Shown piece after piece: positions 41,976 to 54,220 of a DNA stretch of 64,000 bases (positions are counted from its first letter, which is position 1; every line of letters begins with the position of its first letter). Both the position numbers and the translations under genes were made by a program. Under the pieces are notes generated by a model. That model did no database searches, had not been told where the DNA came from, and saw only the letters and a program-made list of their open reading frames with translations. The stretch lies in the NCBI GenBank assembly GCA_964016885.1, contig OZ024743.1, positions 266,042,001 through 266,106,000 on the forward strand. Direction: 5' to 3'. Origin of the DNA: Eledone cirrhosa (taxonomy: Eukaryota).

Positions 41976-42759
41976 GTATATATATATATATACATGTGCG
42001 TGTGTGTATGTGTGGCTGAATGTGTGTGTGTGATAAGTAAAACAAAACAATGTTTTTTATGGAAACATCTCATTTATTTATTCTCTTGCGCAACACGCTA
42101 ACACCAATACAATCAATATAATATGAACAATAATTTGTTGATAAATACATATACAACATTAATTCCTTTACTCTCAGTTCATCAATGATGAATGAAAGCA
42201 AAAATAATAGTCCGAGGTGTTAGATTTAAATATAAGTAGGATTACTATCCCAGATTATATAATCATCATGTTTACCTATTAAAACATCCCCACCAGAATA
42301 ATCATATTTAAAATTCAATTCAGACGACATAATTCAGAAGATATATATTTTAATTAAAAATAATTGTATGTATATAAATTGCTTTTATGGTTGTTACCGA
42401 AACGTGCGTAAGATTGTAAATAATTTCTTGTCATGAAGGAATTATTTTTATAATTTAACATATGTATGCTATATAGTCTGGCATACGCACAATGATTGGA
42501 TCCTACCTTGTGGAATTTGCACCGGATTTGTTTCATCTGCTTGATTGCTGTTATTAACAACATATTGAGCTTTGATTTGTCTTGTCAATTCATAATTCAG
42601 TGGTTCCCTCTCGTTCATCAGTACAAATTGAGGAATTGACATCAGTGAAACAAGGGTTCAAACGGCGGTAACTAGATTAAGCAATGTACTCAATACATCA
42701 ATAGATTGCAAAGATTATGTTTAATATAGAAATTGCCATTTCTGTATGTATTAGAGGCG

Positions 42760-42890
<131 letters not shown>

Positions 42891-43384
42891 AATATATAAA
42901 TTCAGTTTCTTTAACCTAAAGAAAAGTTATGGAAGCGATGAGTCTAATGATTTCAGTACTAATAAATTACAACTTCATTATGACAACAGAGGGATCTGTG
43001 ACACACATTGTCCCACCCATTCTATACGTCTTCTATTGTTGTTATCTCACATAAACGTTTCATTGGATTATCCTAACACAAATCTTTGCCTATATTTAAT
43101 TATGTTACTATTTTTTATTTACGATGAAAGATATAATGTTGCCATATTTTTTACTCGTGTTAAATTTATTTTGCATATCTACAAACACACACGTGCACGC
43201 ACGCACCACTCACACACACACAGATCCACACATATACGCTCTTGCACACATAGCTGCAACCTCGATTTTACTCACCATTGTTATTGTTATTATTATTGGT
43301 CTAATCGGATGTCTTTTGCTCGCTCCCAGTAAGTCGCTTCATTTGCTTGTTAAAATTATTTTTTGTTAAATATTTATTGTTGTG

Positions 43385-44850
43385 TAAGGGACATAAGCCC
43401 TTAGACTTTGCCCTGTGAAGGGGAAATTATAATATTTGGGCCTTTTGGCCCAAATATTTGAACATTTTACTTTTTAAAAAATTATTTAAAATAAACATGG
43501 CTGAGCCACGCCCCAGCAACATGTCTGCTGTTGTGTGACAACGGCGTAAAAGTTGAGAGGAGGGTTAGTGAAATTCATACAAAAGACAGCACCACAAACA
43601 GCGTGAACAAAAAGACAACAACACTGAGAACATTAATTTTGAAAAAATTACCACACCAACTACAACAATAACGGCGTCAACCAAAATACAGAGAACAGAA
43701 AAAAAATGACAACAAATGCAACAACGATATTAACACTACTAACAAGAAAATAAACAACGACAACACCAACAGCAACAATACAAATTACACCGAAAACAAT
43801 AACAACGGTGGCAACAAACACACAACCAACTACAACAGTGATAACAGCAACAACACCAACAACGCCGTGTTTAGCAGTAGTAACAGCAACAGCACCAACA
43901 ACAAGACCAGTAGCAGGAGTAGCAGGAGCAATAATGGTGCCGTTGAAAAAGGGGCCACTTCTTTCGCAGGTGTCGCCCGAAATATAGAGACAGTGCTAGT
44001 CACGGAGGAGGAGATGGCATGGTGTCGAGAAACGACAATATAGTTTCCCTGAAACCTCCACCCGATTTCTTCAAAGACAAGCAGCTGCGCACGGTGACTT
44101 ACCGCACCGTAAGCAAAATGCCATATCAGGTGGAGAGAGTCACGGAGGCTCAAATCCAAAAGGCCTTGGGTGCGTCTGGGCGCGCAAAACCCACATCACC
44201 CGAGGCAAAAAGTACACCACAGTAGACGTATTTTTCGCCACGCACCAAGAGGCGATGTCTCACACTTTGGAAACCCTAAAGAGTGAGGAAATAGTTTTGG
44301 TGCCCTTCTACTGCGGGCAGAAAATTGGGAGGGTTAAAGTGACCCAGGTCCCGCCCGACGTGCCCATACCTTGGCTGGCCGCGTCTGTACTGGCTGGAAT
44401 CGAGGAGAAGACGACCATACTGCAAATACAGAAAATGGCAAGAGAGAACTGGTCAGGAATAGGCATACAAATGCTAATACAGACTGACTAGGAATGCAAA
44501 CACGACAAAACACACACACCCAACAGCAACAACAAGAAAACAGTAGCAAAATCACCCCTCCCCCCAAAACAAAAAAGTACACAGCCATAAACATGGCAAA
44601 TATAGAACTATTACAACATATAAAGCAGCACACAAACATCACAGATAAAAAAAACTACTACACCCCACCAACAGCAACAGCTCTCCCGACAAACATAAAT
44701 ATCATTGAAATCAAAATAGAACATTACAAACTTTTAAAACAAAAATTCCCCAACGCAGTTGGAGACTTCGTAGGGTCGGTTGCCAAGAAGATATACACCG
44801 ACATCCTCTTGGAAACACCCATGACCAGTAGCTTATCTCCATCATCGTAG
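43385..44850 (+). mobile_element. Internally deleted relative of the Tx1 element (5' UTR and ORF1 pieces)
   Basis: TSFAGVARNIETVLVT, TVTYRTVSK..VERVTEAQIQKALG, LVPFYCGQKI and KFPNAVGDF...YTDILLE all match ORF1 at 52575-54100. The zinc-knuckle region is missing. Confidence 0.85.
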
Positions 44851-45105
44851 CATTCCACTTGGTGTAGCTTTGTTGCATTGCCTCAAGCTCCGTGGTTAGT
44901 TTGATACTATGGGGTGACCACACCTGGTCCAGGCAGCTTAGAACAAATGTCCTCCATAATATCATCATGGTCTCTCGGTCTCTTGTCCTGAAAGTCCTCA
45001 ACATTCAGCCAGCGACTCGTCTGCAAATTATTGCCACTCTCATGATGTGTGAAGAAAAAGATGCATCGTTGCTCATGTCTATTCCCAGGTCTCGTATCGA
45101 TTTCG
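44850..45105 (-). mobile_element. CR1-like LINE fragment
   Basis: LRTFRTRDRETMMILWRTFVLSCLD..VWSPH.......LEAMQQSYTK resembles the CR1/Jockey-group post-RT region. Confidence 0.65.
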
Positions 45106-45114
45106 ACGCTCACT

Positions 45115-45197
<83 letters not shown>

Positions 45198-46255
45198 GTG
45201 TGTGTGTTTGTGTATGTTGTGTGTGTTTACACAAACACTCCTGTTGCATTTCGATTCGGGATACCTGTGAATAGTGTTCTTTTGACCATATTTTAAGAGT
45301 TCAATGTTATAGTCAGTGAATTCTAGACCTTTTCAGGGGTTCACCTAATTTGATGCGTTCATATATTATTTTCATTAATACTTGAGTAATTCTTACCGTA
45401 TCTACATTATTGTTCCCTATTGGCACTATTGAAACATATGCTTGATTTTACATAATATGCTGAGATTTTCATGTTAAAAATCTCTCGTTGAATGTAGTTT
45501 GGAGAAGCTTTTAAATTACCATATTTTCATACAATCTAATCTGCTGCATAGCAATGGACATTTTTTCCTATTAATTATGCGCTCCATCTTCACATTTTAT
45601 ACTGTGTTTCTTCAATTTATGTTCTAAATTCTTCTTCTTAGTCACCTTTATCTTCTACCTCTTCTTTAACATCTCATTTTCTCTTTCGACGAAGGATTAG
45701 CGTCAAAATCGATAACACGCATTGCCTAATATAACAAAAGTTAAACTAATATATATAGTCATTTGCCTACGTGCATACGTATAATATATACATGCACGCA
45801 TACAAACACTCATATATATATAATTTTTGGGGGTTCACCTAATCTGGTGCGTTTACTTATTTGTTGATATCCCTATATATATAACTAACATCTGTTCGCA
45901 TGACAATACAAGCGCAAGAATGACAAGGCTTTAAAGAGTCTGTTTGTACAATTGCAAACGAATCGAATATTATTATTAATATTCGAAAAACTCAGATTAC
46001 ATTCCTATATATATGTATGTGTGTGTGTGTGAGTATGCGTGTGTGTGTGCACGCGTGCGTGTGTGTGAGCGTGTATCGAGTTAATGCGAGTGGCTCAAAC
46101 GCCAACGGAAATTTCCGATCTTGCTCTCTATAAACAACGATCAAACGTTATAGCGCGTGTGTGGATCATTCGCATCGTAGTACATTATAGTGATTCATTC
46201 ATAGGAAAGCGGCAGCCATATCGAACAAAGGGGTGCGAGGATAACAGTAAAATAA

Positions 46256-46303
<48 letters not shown>

Positions 46304-47334
46304 GCACATACACACATATATGATTCCCCACGTCATCCTCATCATTATTATTGTCGTCGACTGTATAATCGTGCCCATGTTTATTCTGGTTACAGGGTAA
46401 TATAGACTTTCTCACACCATTATATACTCGTATGTCATTGTGTCCTTCTTATCCACATAATTTTCTTCTCTCTTTTTCTTCAGATCTATCTTCACCTTCC
46501 TTTCATTTAGATCCATCCTCAATTCCTCCACATCCCTTGCTAATATTATATATAAATTTAATTGTAACTCACAATCTTATTACAAATCCCCTTTTCTTTC
46601 GTTTCTTTACATTGTCTGTTGCCTCATATATATATTGTTCACAGATCCCTATATAAAATCGTGTATTGAATAGCTATGTAGTTGTTCTGACACACCATAC
46701 TTACAAATCTTATTCCACATTCTCTCTATTCTTTTATCTCTAGTCCTGATATCTTGCTCACTTTGTACTGTAGGTTTACTATTTAATCGACACACGTAAC
46801 TATCTCACAATATCTCCTTTCTTTCTCTATCTCTTTCTTTAATTCCCATTTATACTCACACTCTTCCACTTGCTTATAGCTATATGATCTAATTATCGAT
46901 AAAATACATATACAGTCAAACGTACAAACAGGCACAGATTTACAATGTTTTTGTGTGTGTGTGCGCGTGCAGAAGGTTCACTAAATTTGATGAAAACTGG
47001 TTCATCCACAGATTTGATATGGTTTTTGTTATGTAAACACTGGTCTGGGGATCAGGCAGACTTGGACTCTGGTCTGAGCGTGCCATCCCAGATCACGAGC
47101 CAGCTGCTTGTGAAACATTTGTAACCAGGATTAAGCAATATATCTCGTATGTCACATCTCAACTTTGTTCTTATATATATATATATATAGTGTTGTGGTA
47201 AAATAACTGGGAGGTTATATCCGAATGAGGTTGAAAATCCCCTGGGTCAAATACGCCTCCTCGAGTATAGTATGTTAATTTATTGTGGAACTAAACCTAT
47301 CCTCTGGGCTGACTGCTCTACTTATTACGGATAT

Positions 47335-47438
47335 CTTCTTCTTCTTCTTCTTCTTCTTCTTCTTCTTCTTCTTCTTCTTCTTCTTCTTCTTCTTCTTCTT
47401 CTTCTTCTTCTTCTTCTTCTTCTTCTTCTTCTTCTTCT
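47335..47438. repeat. (CTT)n microsatellite
   Basis: Seen directly. Confidence 0.95.
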
Positions 47439-48894
47439 CTCTCAGTTCTCTCCCCCTTTCCCTTCCACAATCCTTCCCTTTATACTCACCAGCATTTCTT
47501 TCTACCAGGACGTAAGAATATGTGTCAATTTAAATTCATTAAGCCAAGATGATAAAAATGTCCGATAAATTATGTTGTCGTAAGTAACGGAGACTTTATG
47601 TAGAGGGAACAAACTTCAAATTTTACATTCTGTTCTCCGCTAGGTTAAATGGATATATCCTTTCGTTATACATCTCGTCTGGCCCTTGTTTTAAAAGCTA
47701 TAGATGCAGGTATTTTGGTGTATATCGTAGACGGACATTAATCCTCCACGGGCTCACAGTAGTCATTAAAACCTATATTTCCTGAACGGCCGTTAGTTAG
47801 ATGACTATCGTCGCAAAGTTTACTTTGATTTTGCAAGAGTACGTCGATTTGTCGGAGTTAGCATGCACTATTAGTAAAAGCGTAGATCGTAACGCTGGTA
47901 AGTACTCTTGAGCAAGGATCTCGTTCTAGCCACTGTCAACATGGATCAGCTTAGTCCAGAACGCTCGACGGACAGGCTAATTGCTTCCTGAAATAGGCAA
48001 TACACATTTCGTTAGCCAGAGCATTCGTGATTTGACTATTCCCTCTTTCTTGTCAGAAATAAGAATTTGATGCGTTTTAGCGGGTGTGTTGAGAAATAGA
48101 TTCTGAGTGAAATGTTGTGGCGGTATATTAAAGTATGTGTACGAATGTTTGCGTCTGTGTGCAAGATACTATTTAGAAGTATCGAAAACATAACTTAGGG
48201 ATTCCATATATAGAGATCGATGAAATAAGTTGCAGACTGAAATATAAACGCATGATTCAATATGATAGAATAAAGCCTGTAAAAATGCTCCCTCCACCTT
48301 CCCGCAGTCTAATGACTTAAACCAATAAATGAAAGAAAGTAAAATCGCATTACATATCTATGCAACTGTTGATTACCTTGACTACCTTTATCATCATACC
48401 TCATTCGTGATTATTTTCTACAATTTTATGTTAATTTTATTCCATCTTGGTTCATGGTTATATTTAAATTTTCCAAAGACTCAAATTGAAAATTATTTCA
48501 TTCTTTGACGATATATGTATGAAAACAAGAGTAAAATAATTATGTTCAACTACTTCTGTTGGAACTTAACGTTTCATTCTTCAAATGGCATAATAACTTT
48601 TTAATATTTTTACGAAAACGCATTATTTCAAAACTTGCATTTATTTAATATTTTTCTTAGAAATATTACATGCATAAAGCAGTTATCTCTTGAGAATCAA
48701 ATAGTATTAGTGGCCCCTTAGAATATTTACTGGAGGATTAGATTCATCTTTTATCATATTATTATTTTACTGCAACTTTTTTTTAATAAATCGATTAGTA
48801 TATTCGTAGATTCAATTTTTATAGATTTTTCATTGCAGTTTTTTTTCTATCACCTCGTGTGTAATCCTTTAATCTCTTATTTTTAGTTGTTTTA

Positions 48895-49829
48895 AATTAC
48901 GTCGTGAATTCAAATCTTACCGTGGTTAAATTTGCCATTCCTCCTTTCGTGGATCGATAAAATAAGTACCAGTCAACTCCTGAGGTTTCCTGAATCGAAT
49001 TACCTCTACCGCATACAACCGTAGTATTAGAGTGTCTGACAAAATGTCTTGCACCATTTGCTCCAGCTCTACATACTGAATTCAAAATTCGTCGAGGTCA
49101 ACTCATCCTTTCGTTCTTCCAGTATCGATAAAATAAATTACCACTCCAGTACTATAAATAGATTTAATCGACTTCTATTTCTCCAATGGCAGTATCGGTA
49201 GAGCGCCGGACAATATGCTTTATGGCGTAGGATCACTCTTTCTTACAATCTGAGTTCAAATCCCACAGAGGTTAGCTTTGCCTTTCTTCCTTACGGAGTC
49301 GATAAAATAAAGCATCAGTAAGCTCTGGGATCGATTTAATCGACCTTTCCCTTCAAATTGCTGGCCTTGTGCCTAAATTAGAAACATTTATTATTATTAT
49401 TGAAAGCATTATTATTATTATTATTGTACCAGTAATGTGCTGGGTAATTTCTGGCATTGTGCCTAAAGTAGAAACAATTATTATTATTGAACGCATCCGA
49501 AGTCTCCCCCCTATTGGGGAATTTTTCATTGTTATTTTTATTACATCCTCTGATTTAGTTTTTTACACGCAGAAATTCCCATTTGTACTGTACTGTATTG
49601 TATTGTATTGTCCTGTACTGTCCTTAATGTCTACTTTATGTAAACCTTTGTGGTTAATAAAGAAAGTATTATTATTGGACGCCATGCTTTCTAACATAGT
49701 TACGTCCCTTTACAGTCTGAGTTCAAATCCCGCCGAGGTTAACTTTGCCTTTCATCCTTACGGGGTCGATAAAATAAAGTACCAGTAATGCACTGGGTAA
49801 TTGCTGGCCTTGTGCCTAAAGTAGAAACA

Positions 49830-49830
<1 letters not shown>
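48895..49830 (+). mobile_element. Tandem cluster of MetaSINE-like SINE copies and tails
   Basis: Repeated 'ttcaaa...gg(t/c)..tttgcc..tc.tcc..cg...tcgataaaataa' at ~48905, 49075, 49250 and 49718, plus an isolated tail at 49426-49491. Confidence 0.8.
49497..49666 (+). mobile_element. Tx1 3'-end fragment
   Basis: Closely matches 57724-57894 (ccgaagtctccccc..aataaagaaa). Confidence 0.85.
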
Positions 49831-49870
<40 letters not shown>

Positions 49871-49871
<1 letters not shown>

Positions 49872-51829
49872 TGCATTTATCTTGCTTTATGTATATACGA
49901 GTTATCACCAAGTTACAACCAGTGACCTCAAGAGACAACAAGGTCCGCCATGTTCAAGAAAGAACATACATATTCACACATGCATCCTTAGTGTTTAGAC
50001 TTGTGATGTACTTATATTGACAGGATCTTCCTTAGTATATGGGCAGTTCCCATTAGTACTATCTTTTGTATTTCTCCTATACGCGGGTTTCCTGGGATTT
50101 GCGATAAGTAGTCGTTAGACCCCTTAGGTATCATTCCCAGAGCGCCTACAACCACTGGTATTGTTTTAGTTCTCAATTTCCACATTTTTCCAATTTCTAT
50201 CTCCAGGTCCTTATACTTGCTCAATTTTTCAAATGTTTTTATAGATACATTCTTGTCTATTGGAACAGACATATCAATTAGCAGGCATACCCTCCTTTGA
50301 AAGTCCTTCAATATTATATCAGGTCTATTTGCATCTATTTTTCGGTCTCTTTGGATGCTAAAGTTCCACAAGATTGAGATGTGATCTTTTTCAAGTATGG
50401 GAGGTGGTTGATGCTCCCACCAATTCTTTTGATGGGGCAGGTCAAAATGCTTACACATTATCCAATGTATGTATTGTGCAGCTCTGTCATGCCTGTTTAG
50501 GTATTCGGTTGGAGCTATAGGACTGCACATTGAAATTATATGGTCTATGGTCTCTGGTTGTTTTTTGCATACACGGCATAATGGGCTGCACCCATTTTTT
50601 TATTATGTTGGCTTGGTAATTTTTTGTTGGCAGACACTGATCTTGTGCCGATATAATCAGTCCTTCAGTCTCCGATTTCAGTCCAGAGGATGCGAACCAC
50701 TGATGGGTTAAAGTTTTGTCAACATCAGGATTGTTAGCTCGCTCTGGGTATTTTCCATACAGAGGCTTTTCTTGCCATTTCTTAGCCAGTTCCTGTAGCA
50801 GTTCTTTCTTTGCAGTTACTTTTACCTGCTTTGCTTTTTCTGTGTTTTCCATTTCAGCAGTAAATGGGACTTCTGAAATTTGTAGTCCATTACTGTATCT
50901 TTGTGCATCCTTTGTAATGGAATATGATCTTTTGGTGCTTTCGTGTTTCAAAACGAGTTTGATCATCCAATCATGTGATTCCCTTAGATATGTGGATAAT
51001 CCAATTGTTGCAGTTTTCAACGCAATGTCTAACTGGATTAACCCACGTCCTCCTTCTTTCCTAGGGAGATATATTCTATCTATGTCTGCCTTAGGGTGAT
51101 GCATTCTGTGCATGGTTAAGAATTTTCGGATTTTTGTATCGAGCCTACGGATCTCTGTGCTTGACCAGTTGATGACATTGTAACTGTAGGTTACTACTGG
51201 TATGGCAAGCGTGTTTATGGCATCGATCCTATTCCTTGCATTCAATTCCGTTCTTAAGATTGCTCTGACTCTGCGGTAACATTCCTTCCTTATCCTTTCC
51301 CTCATTGTCGAGTGCTTGATTCCGTCTCCTTCACAAACACCTAGATATTTGTAAGTTGTTTCTTGATCAAGCTCTCTTATCACGTTCCCCCGATCAAGAT
51401 TAATGTCTGAACTCTTCAGCAGCTTTCCTCTGGTGAACGTTGCTTTGGCGCATTTATCCAGTCCAAACTCCATTTTAATGTCATCACTGAACTGCTTCAC
51501 AGTGGATAATAGCCCTTGCAATTGCTCATCATTTTTTGCAAATAGTTTCAGGTCATCCATGTAGAACAGGTGATTAATGGTTTTGTCATAGACTCTATAT
51601 CCATGTTTTGTTTCATTGAGCATTTTACTTAATGGTATAAGTGCGATGCAGAATAAAAGCGGTGATAAAGAGTCACCCTGAAACCTTCCACAATTAATGT
51701 TAACTTCTCCAGCTTCCAGTGATTTTGTTTCACTATTCAAAAGGAGTGTCGTTCTCCATGTCCTCATACTGAATGACAAAAACCTCCTGACAACGGGGGA
51801 TATTTTGAAAATCTCTAAACATTTTTTTT
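49871..51829 (-). mobile_element. R4/Dong-clade LINE (RT plus restriction-like endonuclease), 5'-truncated
   Basis: Motifs FQGDSLSPLLF, HLFYMDDLKLFAK, LPRKEGGRGL, RHD, NRPDII, IDMSVP..EKLSKY and IPVVVGALG. Frameshift near 50595. Embedded in (TAA)n on both sides. Confidence 0.9.
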
Positions 51830-52062
51830 ATTATTATTATTATTATTGAATGCCATGGTTGACGGAGGCTCGGCTCTGTAAGGTATAGTAATTTTTAACC
51901 GTTAAAACAATTGTAAATTGTTTAAAACTTGAACCAAATTGTTGATAAAGACACCCTCCTCCTCGTGAGAGGGGTCTTTCTGTCCGTTATTTGGCCCTTC
52001 GGGGTTAAATAACCAGTTATTGGGGTTTTGTTCCCAATATTCATTTTAAACAAAAAAACAAC

Positions 52063-54185
52063 ATGGCTACGAAAAAGAAATTTCATACGTCACTCCCACT
52101 CATTTCGTCTTCTTCTTCCTCAATCATCACTACAGCAGAGAGAAGATTGTCTCTCTCCCTCCCTTCTTTAAATGTGTCTCTCTCCCTCCCTTCTCTTTCG
52201 CAAGTGACGAAAGAAAAGAAAAGTCTCGTGCAAAGCGTGCAAGGTTTCTCCACGACGACGACGACAGCGACGAAACAGGTGTGCGGGAAATACGAAAACC
52301 CAGTTCATTCGTCTGACGTCAGGAATAATAGCAGTAGCAGCCGTAATAACAACAGCAACAGTGACAATGAAAACAACAGTAGCAGCCGCAACAGCATCAC
52401 CAGCAGCATAAACAACAACAGCATTAGCAGCAGCAACACCATTAGCAGCAGCAACACCAACAACAACCACAGCAACAGCGGCGGAGGCAGTAGTCGTAGT
52501 ACCTGCAGCAACAACAAAAGTACCAGCAGCTCTGACGACAACAACAACAGCAGCAGCAGATAAAAACCAATCTCATTTGCAGGTATTGCGAAAAACTTGG
52601 AAACAATCCTCATAACAAATCTCGGAATTAGAGGAAGCGAAGAAGATGGTGACAAAGAATGGACACCGAGCAATCTGCATGGCAGCGGAAAAATTTTTCG
52701 AAACCCAAGAGCACTGTACAGTCACGTACCGTACAGTAAGTACAAAATCCCGTAGGGTGGAAAGAGCCACAGAGGCCCAAATACAAAAAGCCTTGGGGTC
52801 TGTGTGGCAGCGGAAAACGCACATCACCCGAGGCAAAAAATATGCCACCGTAGACGTACTTTTTGCCACACCCCAGGAGGCAAAGGCCCAATCAGTAGTG
52901 ACCCTAAGGAGCGATGACATGGTGTTGGTGCCCTCGTACTGCGGGCAAAAAATTGTGAGGGTCAAACTGACCCCCCCCCCCCCCCGGAACGGCCCCTTCT
53001 TGGCTGGCCGCGTCTGTCCTCGTCGAAATCGAGGACAAAACAACTGTACTGCAAGTACAGAAAAAAGTAAGAGAAGATTGGGTAGGCACCTCCACTAAGA
53101 TGCTAATCCAAACCAACCAGGAGTGCATCGAAGCTATCCCGGATGTGATAGACTTCGATAACGGCACTCAACTGCCCATAAGTGTTGAGGGCAAACGCCC
53201 GAAATGCTTTCGCTGTGGATCGAAGACTCACCTCAGGGCCTTCTGCAACGAGAAGACCCTGAGAAAGGAGAAAACCCCCCTCCTTCCGAATCCGGCTCCA
53301 CGGTTACCAGCAACAAGACAAGCGGCAACCAGGAACGATAGGTCCGTGGCACCCATACCCACTCCACGGAAATCAAAAACAGCAGCAGCAGTGTAAATAT
53401 TAACAACAACAACAGCAATACCAAATGCAGCTGCAACAGAGACTCCAGTGCAAACATCACCAACAACAACAAGTGAAAGAGTGGAGCTGGTACCCCTCCC
53501 CGACCTCACAGAATCAGACATGGAGTGTGAGGTGGGAGAGGGATGGCAAAAGGTCGTAAGAAGGCACAAACGCAGAAGCAGCGCATCGTCGCCTTTGAAA
53601 AGGGAGGAAAGAAATGAGAAAAGGGTAAAGTCTACTGCAAAGAGACCCACAGCAGCAACACCACCAACACCATCACCACCCACACTAGCACCACCATCAC
53701 CACCGGCGACAACCCCACCGCCAACAACACCTTCAACACCACCACCACAAGCACCAACATCGCAAACACAACAACAAAACACACAAACCCAGCAACAACG
53801 ACAAGAAAATAGCAGAACCACACCCCACCCCCAGAAAAAAAAATGCACGGCAATAAATACACACAACAAGAAACTAATGACTTACATAATTGAACACACA
53901 GACATTTCACAACAGGACTACATAATACCAGCACCAATCAAAACGCCAACTAACATAAGACTGCTAAAAATAGCACAGAAACAACACACAAACATTAAAA
54001 CGAAATTCCCCAACGCAGTTGGTGATTTCAGGGACCTAGGAGGAACCATCAATCGAAGAGTATATTCAGACATTCTCTTAGAAGAGCCGACGACCAGCCG
54101 AAGGGACGATTCAACGGTCCCTTCACCAGACGATCAAGTGAAAAGGGATGTAAAAACCATCCCTCCTCTACCAAAAGTACGGTAA
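52063..54185 (+). pseudogene. Tx1 ORF1 (gag-like), frameshifted
   Basis: Begins MATKKK, then an N/S-rich low-complexity region, VEGKRPKCFRCGSKTHLRAFC knuckle and a Pro/Thr-rich region. Split over at least four ORFs. Confidence 0.8.
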
Positions 54186-54220
54186 GTGGTCTTTCCCATC
54201 TTTTCCACTCTATTTTAAAC

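Noticed and set aside
45240-45340. HHR-like CTGAAAA...GAAA on the minus strand
   Set aside because: Position 8 does not pair with C3, there is no UH site after stem III, and stem II is unconvincing.
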